DNA from: a virus
Lineage: Duplodnaviria; Caudoviricetes
Direction: 5' to 3' (one strand)
Length of the DNA: 57,624 bases
Virus record (IMG/VR): IMGVR_UViG_3300025357_000014
Location: 1-57,624 of that record
Position 1 is the stretch's first letter. Each line of letters begins with the position of its first letter. This document shows positions 7,630-15,543 of the stretch, piece after piece. Under the pieces are notes generated by a model, which was given only the letters and a program-made list of their open reading frames with translations, ran no database searches and had not been told where the DNA came from. Both the position numbers and the translations under genes were made by a program.

Positions 7630-8298
7630 ATGTCTAAGGACATTTTGTGGATTGCTATGCGCGATGGTAAAGGCTGGGCTTCCAGTCGTACTCGTGACAT
7701 GGTAGACTTAGCCTTTACGGTTAGTAAGTATGACAAGAAAAACGGTGGATCGTTAGTTGTCATTCGTAAACCTAATCGTGATGATGATCCAAAGTCGCGT
7801 GCGACTGTGGTGATTGGCATGGTCTACTATGACTCAGTATCTGAAGCTAAGGCTGCAGTTAAAGCTGCTGTTGACAATGCTAACATGAGTAGTTCAAATA
7901 AGGAGAGTGCTCGCACTACACTATTAGAACAGATGTTAATAACGTCTAACACCAATGCTAATGCAATTATTGTTATTGGTCATAAGGTAAGATCACAAGG
8001 TCATTACAGTTCAACTACTGTTATGAATAGTGTTAATACTACAGTTGAAAGCACAATGCAGGAGGAAGTTGAAGCTGAAATAGAGCGTAGACTAGAAGCT
8101 GCACCAGATGCTATGCAACAATGGTTAGACATGACTAAAGATCTTACTGAGACTTTTAGCATGACCAAAGCTGTAGCAGATGTACAAGCAGTAGTTGAGG
8201 TTGCCTTTGACCCTAGCACATGGCAAGAAGGTCAGCCTTACCCATCAGAGTACATGCTGGTGGGTGGTCGTCTCATGAAGATGGAATGGCCTAAGTAG
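7630..8298 (+). CDS. hypothetical protein
   Basis: 222-aa ORF with an AACCAAAAGTAAGAAAGGA leader. Confidence 0.8.
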   Translation: MSKDILWIAMRDGKGWASSRTRDMVDLAFTVSKYDKKNGGSLVVIRKPNRDDDPKSRATVVIGMVYYDSVSEAKAAVKAAVDNANMSSSNKESARTTLLEQMLITSNTNANAIIVIGHKVRSQGHYSSTTVMNSVNTTVESTMQEEVEAEIERRLEAAPDAMQQWLDMTKDLTETFSMTKAVADVQAVVEVAFDPSTWQEGQPYPSEYMLVGGRLMKMEWPK

Positions 8299-8307
8299 TA
8301 TCGTAGT

Positions 8308-8336
8308 ATCACCTGGGTATGTGATTAAACTGCCCA
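8308..8336 (+). ncRNA. H-type pseudoknot motif, copy 3
   Basis: ATCAC-CTGGGTAT-GTGAT-TAAAC-TGCCCA. Confidence 0.75.
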
Positions 8337-8365
8337 TTCAAACTAAAATAAGTAAGGAATATATA

Positions 8366-8761
8366 ATGAAAACATATTTTATCAAAGCTGGCACCGATGT
8401 TGATATTGATGTTATTCCATGTGATCAAATAAACTCATATGATTTCATCAAAGAAAGCATAGGTGGTGGTACATTTGATTGTATTGCTTTACCTAGTTTA
8501 GGTATAGACATCTGGATTGATGATGATGGTAAGTTAGTTGAGGATCCTAAAATAAATCTGCTTGGTACTGCACTCTGGATGAAAGAGTACGGTCCAACTG
8601 ATACAATTATGGGAAACATCGTTATTACTGGTGGTGTTGATGATGATGGTAATACTATTGGCATGACTGAGGAAAAGGGTAAAGAAATAATTGCCTTAGC
8701 TAAAGTATTTGTTGATGCACTTACCAATCAAATAATGGATGAAATTATACTAGGAAAATAA
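8366..8761 (+). CDS. DUF3846-like protein
   Basis: IGGG.FDCI...IWIDDDGKL...N...T.L...DTIMGNIVITG..D.DG.T pattern; start moved to ATG 8366 after TAAGGA. Confidence 0.7.
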   Translation: MKTYFIKAGTDVDIDVIPCDQINSYDFIKESIGGGTFDCIALPSLGIDIWIDDDGKLVEDPKINLLGTALWMKEYGPTDTIMGNIVITGGVDDDGNTIGMTEEKGKEIIALAKVFVDALTNQIMDEIILGK

Positions 8762-8768
8762 TAAAGCA

Positions 8769-8816
8769 GCCCTAGTCTGGTGATGAAGTAAGCTAGTTCA
8801 ATTCTAGCTTAGGGCG
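8769..8816 (+). ncRNA. tRNA-like element 2 (acceptor + T arm, no anticodon arm)
   Basis: 7-bp GCCCTAG/TTAGGGC stacked on 5-bp GCTAG-TTCAATT-CTAGC; 16-nt connector containing TGGTGATGAAGTA. Confidence 0.7.
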
Positions 8817-8865
8817 CTCCCAAGTAGGGAATGTAGTATAACCAAAAACAATAAGGAGTAAGCAC

Positions 8866-9414
8866 ATGGGTTTAGACCAGATGCTATTTGCAGTAACAAG
8901 CCATCCCGATAACCACGACTTCGGATACGATCCTGATGCTCAGTATCGTCAGTTTGGTAGTTGGCGTAAGCATCCCTATCTTCAAGGTTGGATGGAAAAA
9001 CTATTCAATACTAAGGCAGATGCTCAAGGTTATGTAGGTCATGGTGAATACCATGATGGTATTGAAGTTATGGCGCGTGAAGCTGATGGCAATGAGATGA
9101 CACCTGAGATGATGCAGCAAGCATTAGATTCTGATTCTGAAATGCTTAAGAAGATTAAACAAGAACAGTTTACTTCTAAAGCTATTCATACAACTAAGGA
9201 TCGCATCTTTAATCAGCAATGCGTCAGACTTAACATAGGTGATTTAGATCAACTAGAGATGGCTATTAAGTTAGGTGAGCTACCAGCAACCAAAGGATTC
9301 TTCTTTGGTGATGATGCTAGCGAACACTATAAAGAATACGATTTAAAAGTTATTGAAGCAGCTCGTCAAGCTGTTAAACTAGGTCTAGATGTATACTACG
9401 ATTCATGGTGGTAA
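8866..9414 (+). CDS. conserved phage hypothetical protein (MGLD...WRKH...GFFFG...YYDSWW type)
   Basis: Motif pattern of a widespread uncharacterised phage family; TAAGGAG SD. Confidence 0.75.
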   Translation: MGLDQMLFAVTSHPDNHDFGYDPDAQYRQFGSWRKHPYLQGWMEKLFNTKADAQGYVGHGEYHDGIEVMAREADGNEMTPEMMQQALDSDSEMLKKIKQEQFTSKAIHTTKDRIFNQQCVRLNIGDLDQLEMAIKLGELPATKGFFFGDDASEHYKEYDLKVIEAARQAVKLGLDVYYDSWW

Positions 9415-9447
9415 CATCTAACAAGGTTGCATTTGGGTAATGCATCA

Positions 9448-9498
9448 GTCCCAGCCAGTCGGTGGTGAAGTATGGTGGTTCGACTCCACCTTGGGACG
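9448..9498 (+). ncRNA. tRNA-like element 3 (acceptor + T arm, no anticodon arm)
   Basis: 7-bp GTCCCAG/TTGGGAC, T arm GGTGG-TTCGACT-CCACC, connector containing GGTGGTGAAGTA; followed by the same 17-mer GCTCCCAAGTAGGGAAT as element 2. Confidence 0.72.
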
Positions 9499-9539
9499 CT
9501 CCCAAGTAGGGAATACATAAAACAAGTAAGGAGAATAAC

Positions 9540-9950
9540 ATGGGTGACCGTGGACATGTAGAGATTATCAGTGAGGGAGATCCAACACTGTATTACTACA
9601 CACACTGGGGTGCTTCAGGTTTACCAACAGATGTTGCTGATGCTTTGCATCGTGGCAAAGGACGTTGGGATGACAGTGAGTATCTCAATCGTATCATCTT
9701 CTCAGAAATGATTAAGGATTCTGTTCTATCAGATACTGGGTATGGTATTGGTTTCCACCAGCATGGTGATGTATGGCGTATTGTAACAATAGATCACGTC
9801 AACAAAACTGCTGGTATTAAAGAAATCAACTACGATAAAGTAGATTGGTCTAACTACAATGAAGATGATGTAGTATGGGATTGGAAATTAGAACCAGTAC
9901 CATTTGAAGTGTTTGTTTATCTTAATAGTTTAGTTACAGCAAAGGAATAA
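9540..9950 (+). CDS. conserved phage hypothetical protein
   Basis: MGDRGHV...YYYTHWGA...RWDDSEYLNRIIF; TAAGGAG SD. Confidence 0.75.
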   Translation: MGDRGHVEIISEGDPTLYYYTHWGASGLPTDVADALHRGKGRWDDSEYLNRIIFSEMIKDSVLSDTGYGIGFHQHGDVWRIVTIDHVNKTAGIKEINYDKVDWSNYNEDDVVWDWKLEPVPFEVFVYLNSLVTAKE

Positions 9951-9952
9951 TC

Positions 9953-10117
9953 ATGGGTAAAAAACTAGACAAAGCTTTCTATCAACTGAGCAATGAAACT
10001 CGTCATCACATTAACTTAGCAATGGCTAAGCAAGAAGATTACGAAAATGGATTTGCTCAGGGATTTTCGGAAGCACTACGCATAGTAGCAAAGATAAGAG
10101 AGGAGGAGAATGAGTAA
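9953..10117 (+). CDS. small hypothetical protein (54 aa)
   Basis: Hand-translated MGKKLDKAFYQLSNETRHH...IREEENE; AAGGA SD. Confidence 0.6.
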   Translation: MGKKLDKAFYQLSNETRHHINLAMAKQEDYENGFAQGFSEALRIVAKIREEENE

Positions 10118-10274
10118 AACATTTACATGTCCTCGTTGTGAAGAAACTTGGACGGGCTTTCCAGCCCTATCTAGGCTAGACAACAGGACAGAGATTTGCT
10201 CACCATGTGGCATGCAGGAAGGTCTTGATGATTACTTTCACCAGCCATTAGTAAAATATAAATTAACCAATTAA
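10110..10274 (+). CDS. small zinc-ribbon protein (54 aa)
   Basis: Hand-translated MSKTFTCPRCEETWTGFPALSRLDNRTEICSPCG...; AGGAGGAG SD. Confidence 0.7.
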   Translation: MSKTFTCPRCEETWTGFPALSRLDNRTEICSPCGMQEGLDDYFHQPLVKYKLTN

Positions 10275-10289
10275 AAAAGGAATAAAACA

Positions 10290-10454
10290 ATGAAAACATT
10301 AATCGTAGCAAACGTACTAATGTGCGTAGCCGATGCTGTCCTAGCTATTGCTAGCTTAAATGCTGTCAATGCAGGTCTAGCTATCATGTGTGGGTTCAGT
10401 GCTTGGTACATCAACCAATTGCGAAACCTACGCAAACCAAAGCATAAGGCTTGA
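10290..10454 (+). CDS. small membrane protein (54 aa)
   Basis: Hand-translated MKTLIVANVLMCVADAVLAIASLNAVNAGLAIMCGFSAWY...; hydrophobic with a basic tail. Confidence 0.6.
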   Translation: MKTLIVANVLMCVADAVLAIASLNAVNAGLAIMCGFSAWYINQLRNLRKPKHKA

Positions 10455-10479
10455 CAAACTCATGTAACCGCAGTATAGT
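10451..10479 (+). promoter_or_regulatory. sigma70/SigA-type promoter for a leaderless HNH transcript
   Basis: TTGACA-17 nt-TATAGT with the GTG start 6 nt after the -10 box. Confidence 0.7.
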
Positions 10480-10485
10480 TACATC

Positions 10486-10911
10486 GTGAACCAAGTACGC
10501 CGCAACGCTCTCTATAACTTACAATCCAAGTATGTCGAATCTAACCTATGTTGGGTATGGACTGCTGCCATTAGTTCTGATGGCTACGGAGTATTCCGTA
10601 TGGAGGGTAAGTTATGGAGGGCGCATAGGGCGTCATATACTCTATATAAGGAAGATATACCTAAGGGTTTGCAGATAGATCATTTGTGTAGGAATAAGCT
10701 ATGTGTTAATCCTGAACATTTAGAGGCTGTTACACCTAAAGAGAATAGTAGGAGAGCTGCTGCTTTTAAGACCCATTGCCCCCGCGGACATATCTACACT
10801 ATCTATGGTAGGGTATGGGGAAAGAGATCTAAAGCTAAATACTGTATTCAGTGTAACAGGGATAAGACGAAGGCTCGACGGGCCTCCGCGAAAGTCGATA
10901 AAAATAAGTAA
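10486..10911 (+). CDS. HNH endonuclease
   Basis: CWVW...GYG...AHRASY...IDHLCRNKLCVNPEHLE plus a C-terminal KTHCPRGH...CIQC Zn finger. Confidence 0.88.
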   Translation: MNQVRRNALYNLQSKYVESNLCWVWTAAISSDGYGVFRMEGKLWRAHRASYTLYKEDIPKGLQIDHLCRNKLCVNPEHLEAVTPKENSRRAAAFKTHCPRGHIYTIYGRVWGKRSKAKYCIQCNRDKTKARRASAKVDKNK

Positions 10912-10923
10912 GAAAGGAGGAAT

Positions 10924-11106
10924 ATGGAAGAACATCCATTATGTTGGTGTGAGCATGAATATGAAGCACACCTATGGAATATTAGTCAAAATCCAGAATT
11001 TGAAGACTTAGAATCTGGAGAATGCCGTGAATGTGGGTCTTGGACTCGTAAGAATAAGTTTGAGACATATTGTAGTGAATACAAAGCATATAACCCAGTT
11101 AAGTAA
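10924..11106 (+). CDS. small Cys/His-rich protein
   Basis: CWCEH...H...CRECG...C; GAAAGGAGG SD. Confidence 0.65.
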   Translation: MEEHPLCWCEHEYEAHLWNISQNPEFEDLESGECRECGSWTRKNKFETYCSEYKAYNPVK

Positions 11107-11118
11107 GAAAGGGGTACT

Positions 11119-11367
11119 ATGCCCACAGATAGTGAAGCTAAGCTAGAACTGCTAAACAATGCAGTCAGCGAAATGGCATTGCTTGGATATCGACTAGATA
11201 AGATATTAGTTGGATTTAAGCTATATCATGAGCTTAGAGGTACTCCCGACATTGAACAATATCAAATGGTATTGCAAATGTACGAGGATGGTATGGCAGC
11301 TATGGAAGAACAAATGGTTAGATACCATAGGTTATTTTCATATCTGAAAGATCTGGTTGGTGAGTAA
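11119..11367 (+). CDS. hypothetical protein
   Basis: 82-aa ORF with GAAAGGGG SD. Confidence 0.65.
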   Translation: MPTDSEAKLELLNNAVSEMALLGYRLDKILVGFKLYHELRGTPDIEQYQMVLQMYEDGMAAMEEQMVRYHRLFSYLKDLVGE

Positions 11368-11411
11368 TCACCATCGGAATGTGGTACACTTAACCCAAAG
11401 GAAAGGAAAAT

Positions 11412-12095
11412 ATGAGCAAATTGGCTGATGTTGTTAAGAAAGTTCAAAAACTTCTTAATGTTGCCAACAGGAGTGACAAACCTGGTGAGATTGCAGCAGC
11501 ACAATTGCTAGCCCAACAACTGATAACTAAGTATCAGATTGAAGAAGCTCAGCTCCATGGGAATAGTATGAATGGTGATATTACCTCGGTACATATCGCT
11601 ACGCCAGACCCATATGCCATAGATAAAGCTACACTGCTTAACTCTATCGCTTTACCTAACTTCTGTAAGGTATTGCGCGGTGATGAGTATTGTATCATTT
11701 ATGGCTACGCTAGTGACATTGAACTCTGTGTTGCATTATATGATGTATTATCTATGCACATGATCAGTGAAATGACAGTTAAGCTAAAAGAGTTAAAGAA
11801 ATCTTCAACTGAGAAGATCCGTACTAAAGAATGGGTCAGAGGGTTCTTCGGCGGTTATGCTATCAATATTGGCGAGCGTATTAAGCAAGCTAAGAAAGAT
11901 ACCATCAAAGAAGTAGACAGTAACGGAACATCGCTAGCTCTTGTGTTACGAGATAAGCAACATGTTATTGAAGATTATTGGCAACAACTAGTTAGAAACA
12001 CAGGATCTAAGCGTAAGATTACTTCTATATCAGGCTATAAAGCTGGTAAAGAATCTGCCGCTGCCGCGGATCTCAACAAAAATAAAATAGAATAG
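11412..12095 (+). CDS. DUF2786-domain protein
   Basis: N-terminal KVQKLLNVA...EIAAAQLLAQQLITKYQI and C-terminal GY.AG...A..ADL patterns typical of this family. Confidence 0.75.
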   Translation: MSKLADVVKKVQKLLNVANRSDKPGEIAAAQLLAQQLITKYQIEEAQLHGNSMNGDITSVHIATPDPYAIDKATLLNSIALPNFCKVLRGDEYCIIYGYASDIELCVALYDVLSMHMISEMTVKLKELKKSSTEKIRTKEWVRGFFGGYAINIGERIKQAKKDTIKEVDSNGTSLALVLRDKQHVIEDYWQQLVRNTGSKRKITSISGYKAGKESAAAADLNKNKIE

Positions 12096-12104
12096 GATAA
12101 GTAT

Positions 12105-12416
12105 ATGCGAAGTAGGAAATTAGTATGGAAAGTCAAAGAACTGGCATCTAATCTACCCAATAATAAAGGGCATGATTGGATCTACGATGGCAATTGCCAA
12201 GGTAGTGATACAAACCAGTTTATATATCCTGCACTTACGTTGACTGAAAGCAAGAGGTATTATCTAGAAAAGATATGCAAAGATTGTCCAGTCATGCTAA
12301 CATGTAGGTATGAAGCAGTACGCAACCAAGACGAAGGCTGGTGGGGTGGTATGACACCAGAGGAACGTATGGATTGGGCAATAGAAGAATTATTCAAGGA
12401 AGCGTTAAATGATTAA
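12105..12416 (+). CDS. whiB: WhiB-family Fe-S transcription factor
   Basis: Four Cys (GNC...ICKDCPVMLTC) and the GWWGGMTPEER turn motif. Confidence 0.85.
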   Translation: MRSRKLVWKVKELASNLPNNKGHDWIYDGNCQGSDTNQFIYPALTLTESKRYYLEKICKDCPVMLTCRYEAVRNQDEGWWGGMTPEERMDWAIEELFKEALND

Positions 12417-12606
12417 TTTAGCCTACGCATTGATGTATGACACAGGTTATAACAGCGTAGAGATTTCAGGGCTCTACAGGTCACTTAAAGGGGCAATGGA
12501 GGCAGTTCCTAACAGTGATTGGAAGAAACATGAAACCTTGGCTATGTGGGAATCACTTACTGGCGATCAATACTGGTGCATTACGGTGCATGCTGTATTA
12601 GACTAA
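12409..12606 (+). CDS. hypothetical protein
   Basis: 65-aa ORF; its stop overlaps the convergent terminase stop. Confidence 0.6.
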   Translation: MINLAYALMYDTGYNSVEISGLYRSLKGAMEAVPNSDWKKHETLAMWESLTGDQYWCITVHAVLD

Positions 12607-14594
12607 CGTCCACGCCTTGTCATACCACCGTAGTCTGTCATAGATCGCTGCGCACCAAATCTTTTTAGCTTATCTCTTGCAGATATTCCACCTTCAGGGA
12701 GACTATTAGTGTGGTATCCACCTTGCCCGCCTACATTAAGGTTAGCGTTCCCTAGACGGTCACGCATCTCTAACTTAATAAAATTATCTTCTAACAGCTG
12801 GTCAACAATAACCATGAGGCAGTCTGAAAGGTCAGACGTACGAATAGGTCCAAACTTTTGCTTGTCTACTTTACCGTTAGTCTCTTGAAGGAACTTAAGT
12901 TCTTGTTCTAATAAACTAGATCCATTAGGGCCAAAGATATCACGATACGAGTGAACCCAGTTCATACCAATAGCTGACTTAAATCTTTCAGCTCGGCGCA
13001 TGTTGCTTTCTTTGGTAAACTTATCTTCACGGATCTTTACCTTGTGTGGTGGTCTAACTTGTAGTAGACGTTTTTTTAGTCTAGGTAGGGTGACGAATGC
13101 ACCGTACTGGTCAAACGAGAATACTTTAGTAGTCTTAAACTTACATAGTATATCTACAAGATCTTCTTCAATTTCTTCGTAGTCAATTTGGTTGTCTGGG
13201 TAATTTTCTGGATCCCATACTTTCATCCAGTCTATGACAACGTGATACCATTCTTCGCCATCTTCCTGGTCTGGTATTTTCTCAACGTGACCAATCATCG
13301 CAGCGGTGTTGTTGTTGCTCTTTGAAGGGTCGCAGTGACCATGATAGATTACGCTAAAACGGCCTTCTTCTTGTTCTTCCAGCTCTACAAGCTCGCCTTC
13401 GGCATCTACGTATGGTTCAAACATACGTTCTACCATCTTAGGATTAAGATAGGCGTTAGTAACTTCAGCCCACTGACTCAAACGTTCTACTCTAAAGACA
13501 TCAGGTTCACGCTTTTCAAGCGATACCATTTGTTCGTCATACTTCTGAGGAGAGTTTCGGAATGTATACCCTTGCGTAACGACTGGGTCATCCCAATCTT
13601 CGTAAGGTCCCCACGATGGAAGCTGTGCCATCATCATATTAGGATACGATGGATTACCATTCTCATCTTTTTCCATAGCAGATTCGTATAGGTTATATGC
13701 TTTACCAATCTTTGTGAATGGAGACGTAGGGACATAGATTAAACCGTCCTTACCCATTTGGTCAAGAGCAGGAGTGATAGCATTATATACTTCTTCAGAT
13801 GTTCGTGCACCACCAGTACCAGCTAGCATGTGTGCGAACTCATCAAACATAACAGCAAAGGCCGCAGCACCACGAGATGCTTTAGAGTTACTTGTCACAG
13901 CCATGTTACGCACAGATGCAATTAGTCTAGATGGCATTAGATCTCTAGCTTCAAACGCAGCGATTCTTCTCACGTCAGCAGGAGTACGCAGCGCAAGAAA
14001 GTGTTCTTTAGCGTCAGCAATATATGGTTGAAAACATGGACCATTTAGAATAGTGTTAGCAAGGTCAGCGAACTGATATTTCTTTGCCTGTTCAATATTT
14101 GTAGCAACGCAGAATAAATAAAGATCTTTAGACTTATCGATGTTGTAGTGATATTGTGGGTCATCTAGCATAAGTAGTTGCCAGTTTTTGTATGCACCCA
14201 AGATACCACCGATGTGGCCTTTACCACCACGACGGCCTGTGATGTTTACAATTTCACGAAAGTGTTTATACCCGTTAGCTTTAAGATAAACTATTCGTTC
14301 CATAATGTCTGGGCTTACACCAATACGATCGCCGTTAAGATCAAGTCCCTTAGTCCATTCTTCAACAACAGCGTAGTCATACTCTGTCATGTTCTCTGTT
14401 TCTAACATCATCAATCGAAGAAGAGTTTTCTGACGTGGGAATAGCTTACTACCATTGAGAAAGCTTGCATGTTCAGCGAACGTGACAATATCGGGGATCT
14501 CTTTCACTCCCCGTAAACTGTTCTTAGCAATCTCAAAGAAATCGTTTTGACCCTTTAAGATATTTTGATTACTGTTTTTAGTAATCTTAGGCAT
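12603..14594 (-). CDS. terL: terminase large subunit
   Basis: Walker A-like GRRGGKG, Walker B VMFDEFAH, coupling motif TSP; RNase H-like nuclease domain (HCDPS, FDQYG, SDLSDC). Confidence 0.85.
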   Translation of the reverse strand: MPKITKNSNQNILKGQNDFFEIAKNSLRGVKEIPDIVTFAEHASFLNGSKLFPRQKTLLRLMMLETENMTEYDYAVVEEWTKGLDLNGDRIGVSPDIMERIVYLKANGYKHFREIVNITGRRGGKGHIGGILGAYKNWQLLMLDDPQYHYNIDKSKDLYLFCVATNIEQAKKYQFADLANTILNGPCFQPYIADAKEHFLALRTPADVRRIAAFEARDLMPSRLIASVRNMAVTSNSKASRGAAAFAVMFDEFAHMLAGTGGARTSEEVYNAITPALDQMGKDGLIYVPTSPFTKIGKAYNLYESAMEKDENGNPSYPNMMMAQLPSWGPYEDWDDPVVTQGYTFRNSPQKYDEQMVSLEKREPDVFRVERLSQWAEVTNAYLNPKMVERMFEPYVDAEGELVELEEQEEGRFSVIYHGHCDPSKSNNNTAAMIGHVEKIPDQEDGEEWYHVVIDWMKVWDPENYPDNQIDYEEIEEDLVDILCKFKTTKVFSFDQYGAFVTLPRLKKRLLQVRPPHKVKIREDKFTKESNMRRAERFKSAIGMNWVHSYRDIFGPNGSSLLEQELKFLQETNGKVDKQKFGPIRTSDLSDCLMVIVDQLLEDNFIKLEMRDRLGNANLNVGGQGGYHTNSLPEGGISARDKLKRFGAQRSMTDYGGMTRRGR

Positions 14595-14597
14595 GTA

Positions 14598-15194
14598 TTA
14601 CCAATCTGAATCTAAATTAAAGTAATCGTTGCGCCAGTCGCTGTCATCATAATTTACGTTACCATGTTTGTTAGCCATCATAGCAGCGAAAGATTCTTTT
14701 GCTTTTTCTTCTGAGGCATGGCGACTGAGTACCTTACCTGTACCTTTTTGTAGGATGACCCATTGATCTCCCTGCTTCTTGATGTACTGGTTTGCAGTCT
14801 TTTCGCTAGCATATCTTTCATTGAATTCTACGCTTGCTTCTTTTTCACCACCGCCATGCTTCTTCACGATGCCAGCGGCCCATGATGCTCCAGCATCCCC
14901 ACCCCAAGCTAGCCATGCTACCTTACCTGGGCTGTTGTTGTCCCAATCTTTACCCTTCTTATCTACACGGTGACGTGAGAAATAAGAGTGCATACGCTTC
15001 ACAGTGCTTAGACTAAGAGTTTCACCTGCAGCGAGTTGATGCGCACGTCCACGACCTACGCTAGTAAAACCATCTCCAGCTTTTCCAGCTTCAATTAGTT
15101 CTAGAGCATGCTTAGCAGCTGATTGCACACCTGATGGTGGCTTAAAACCTTTTTCGCTTTTTTCTTCTTTAGCATATCTTTCATTAAATGACAT
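14598..15194 (-). CDS. probable head-associated protein
   Basis: PP...A..ALE...T.VG..RA.QLA...TVKRM.SYFSRH...S.G.VAW.AWGGD.G..WA domain, seen in phage head-morphogenesis proteins; carries the FNERYA motif twice. Confidence 0.65.
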   Translation of the reverse strand: MSFNERYAKEEKSEKGFKPPSGVQSAAKHALELIEAGKAGDGFTSVGRGRAHQLAAGETLSLSTVKRMHSYFSRHRVDKKGKDWDNNSPGKVAWLAWGGDAGASWAAGIVKKHGGGEKEASVEFNERYASEKTANQYIKKQGDQWVILQKGTGKVLSRHASEEKAKESFAAMMANKHGNVNYDDSDWRNDYFNLDSDW

Positions 15195-15202
15195 GATTAT
15201 CC

Positions 15203-15376
15203 TTATTGTTTAGAAGCCCAAGCATTGTCCACCCAATTAGGATATGGACGATCATGCGCTTTTGCACGAGCTTTGGCTTTAGCCTTTTGTTCTGGGGTTA
15301 GTTTGTGATGCTTGCCACCATCTGGATCTTTTTCATCCCATGGTTTTTCTTTAGCATAACGTTCATTAAAATTCAT
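15203..15376 (-). CDS. small basic protein with FNERYA N-terminus (57 aa)
   Basis: Hand-translated MNFNERYAKEKPWDEKDPDGGKHHKLTPEQKAKAKARAKAHDRPYPNWVDNAWASKQ. Confidence 0.75.
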   Translation of the reverse strand: MNFNERYAKEKPWDEKDPDGGKHHKLTPEQKAKAKARAKAHDRPYPNWVDNAWASKQ

Positions 15377-15543
15377 TACTTATCCTCGCGACTGGTTTGA
15401 TTGGCGACTTTGTCTGCGCAATCTTTACAATGGCTAGCACCATCTTCTGGTTTTTTATAGCAATTGGGGGTAGAACATCTATCACCAGCTGTACGAAAGT
15501 TTAAGCTAGTAAATTGTTCTTCAGCTCTAGATACTTTTCTCAT
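15376..15543 (-). CDS. small Cys4 protein (55 aa)
   Basis: Hand-translated MRKVSRAEEQFTSLNFRTAGDRCSTPNC...HCKDC...; translationally coupled on both sides. Confidence 0.65.
   Translation of the reverse strand: MRKVSRAEEQFTSLNFRTAGDRCSTPNCYKKPEDGASHCKDCADKVANQTSREDK

Noticed and set aside
308-9514. Dispersed repeats as a CRISPR array or with the Cas4-like gene as a CRISPR system
   Set aside because: Repeats are kilobases apart with genes between them; no regular spacers and no cas1/cas2. Standalone Cas4-like nucleases are common in phages.
14200-14245. Terminase Walker A ending in KG rather than KT/S as a sign of inactivation
   Set aside because: The remaining ATPase and nuclease motifs are intact and terminase Walker A motifs are known to deviate; no evidence of pseudogenisation.
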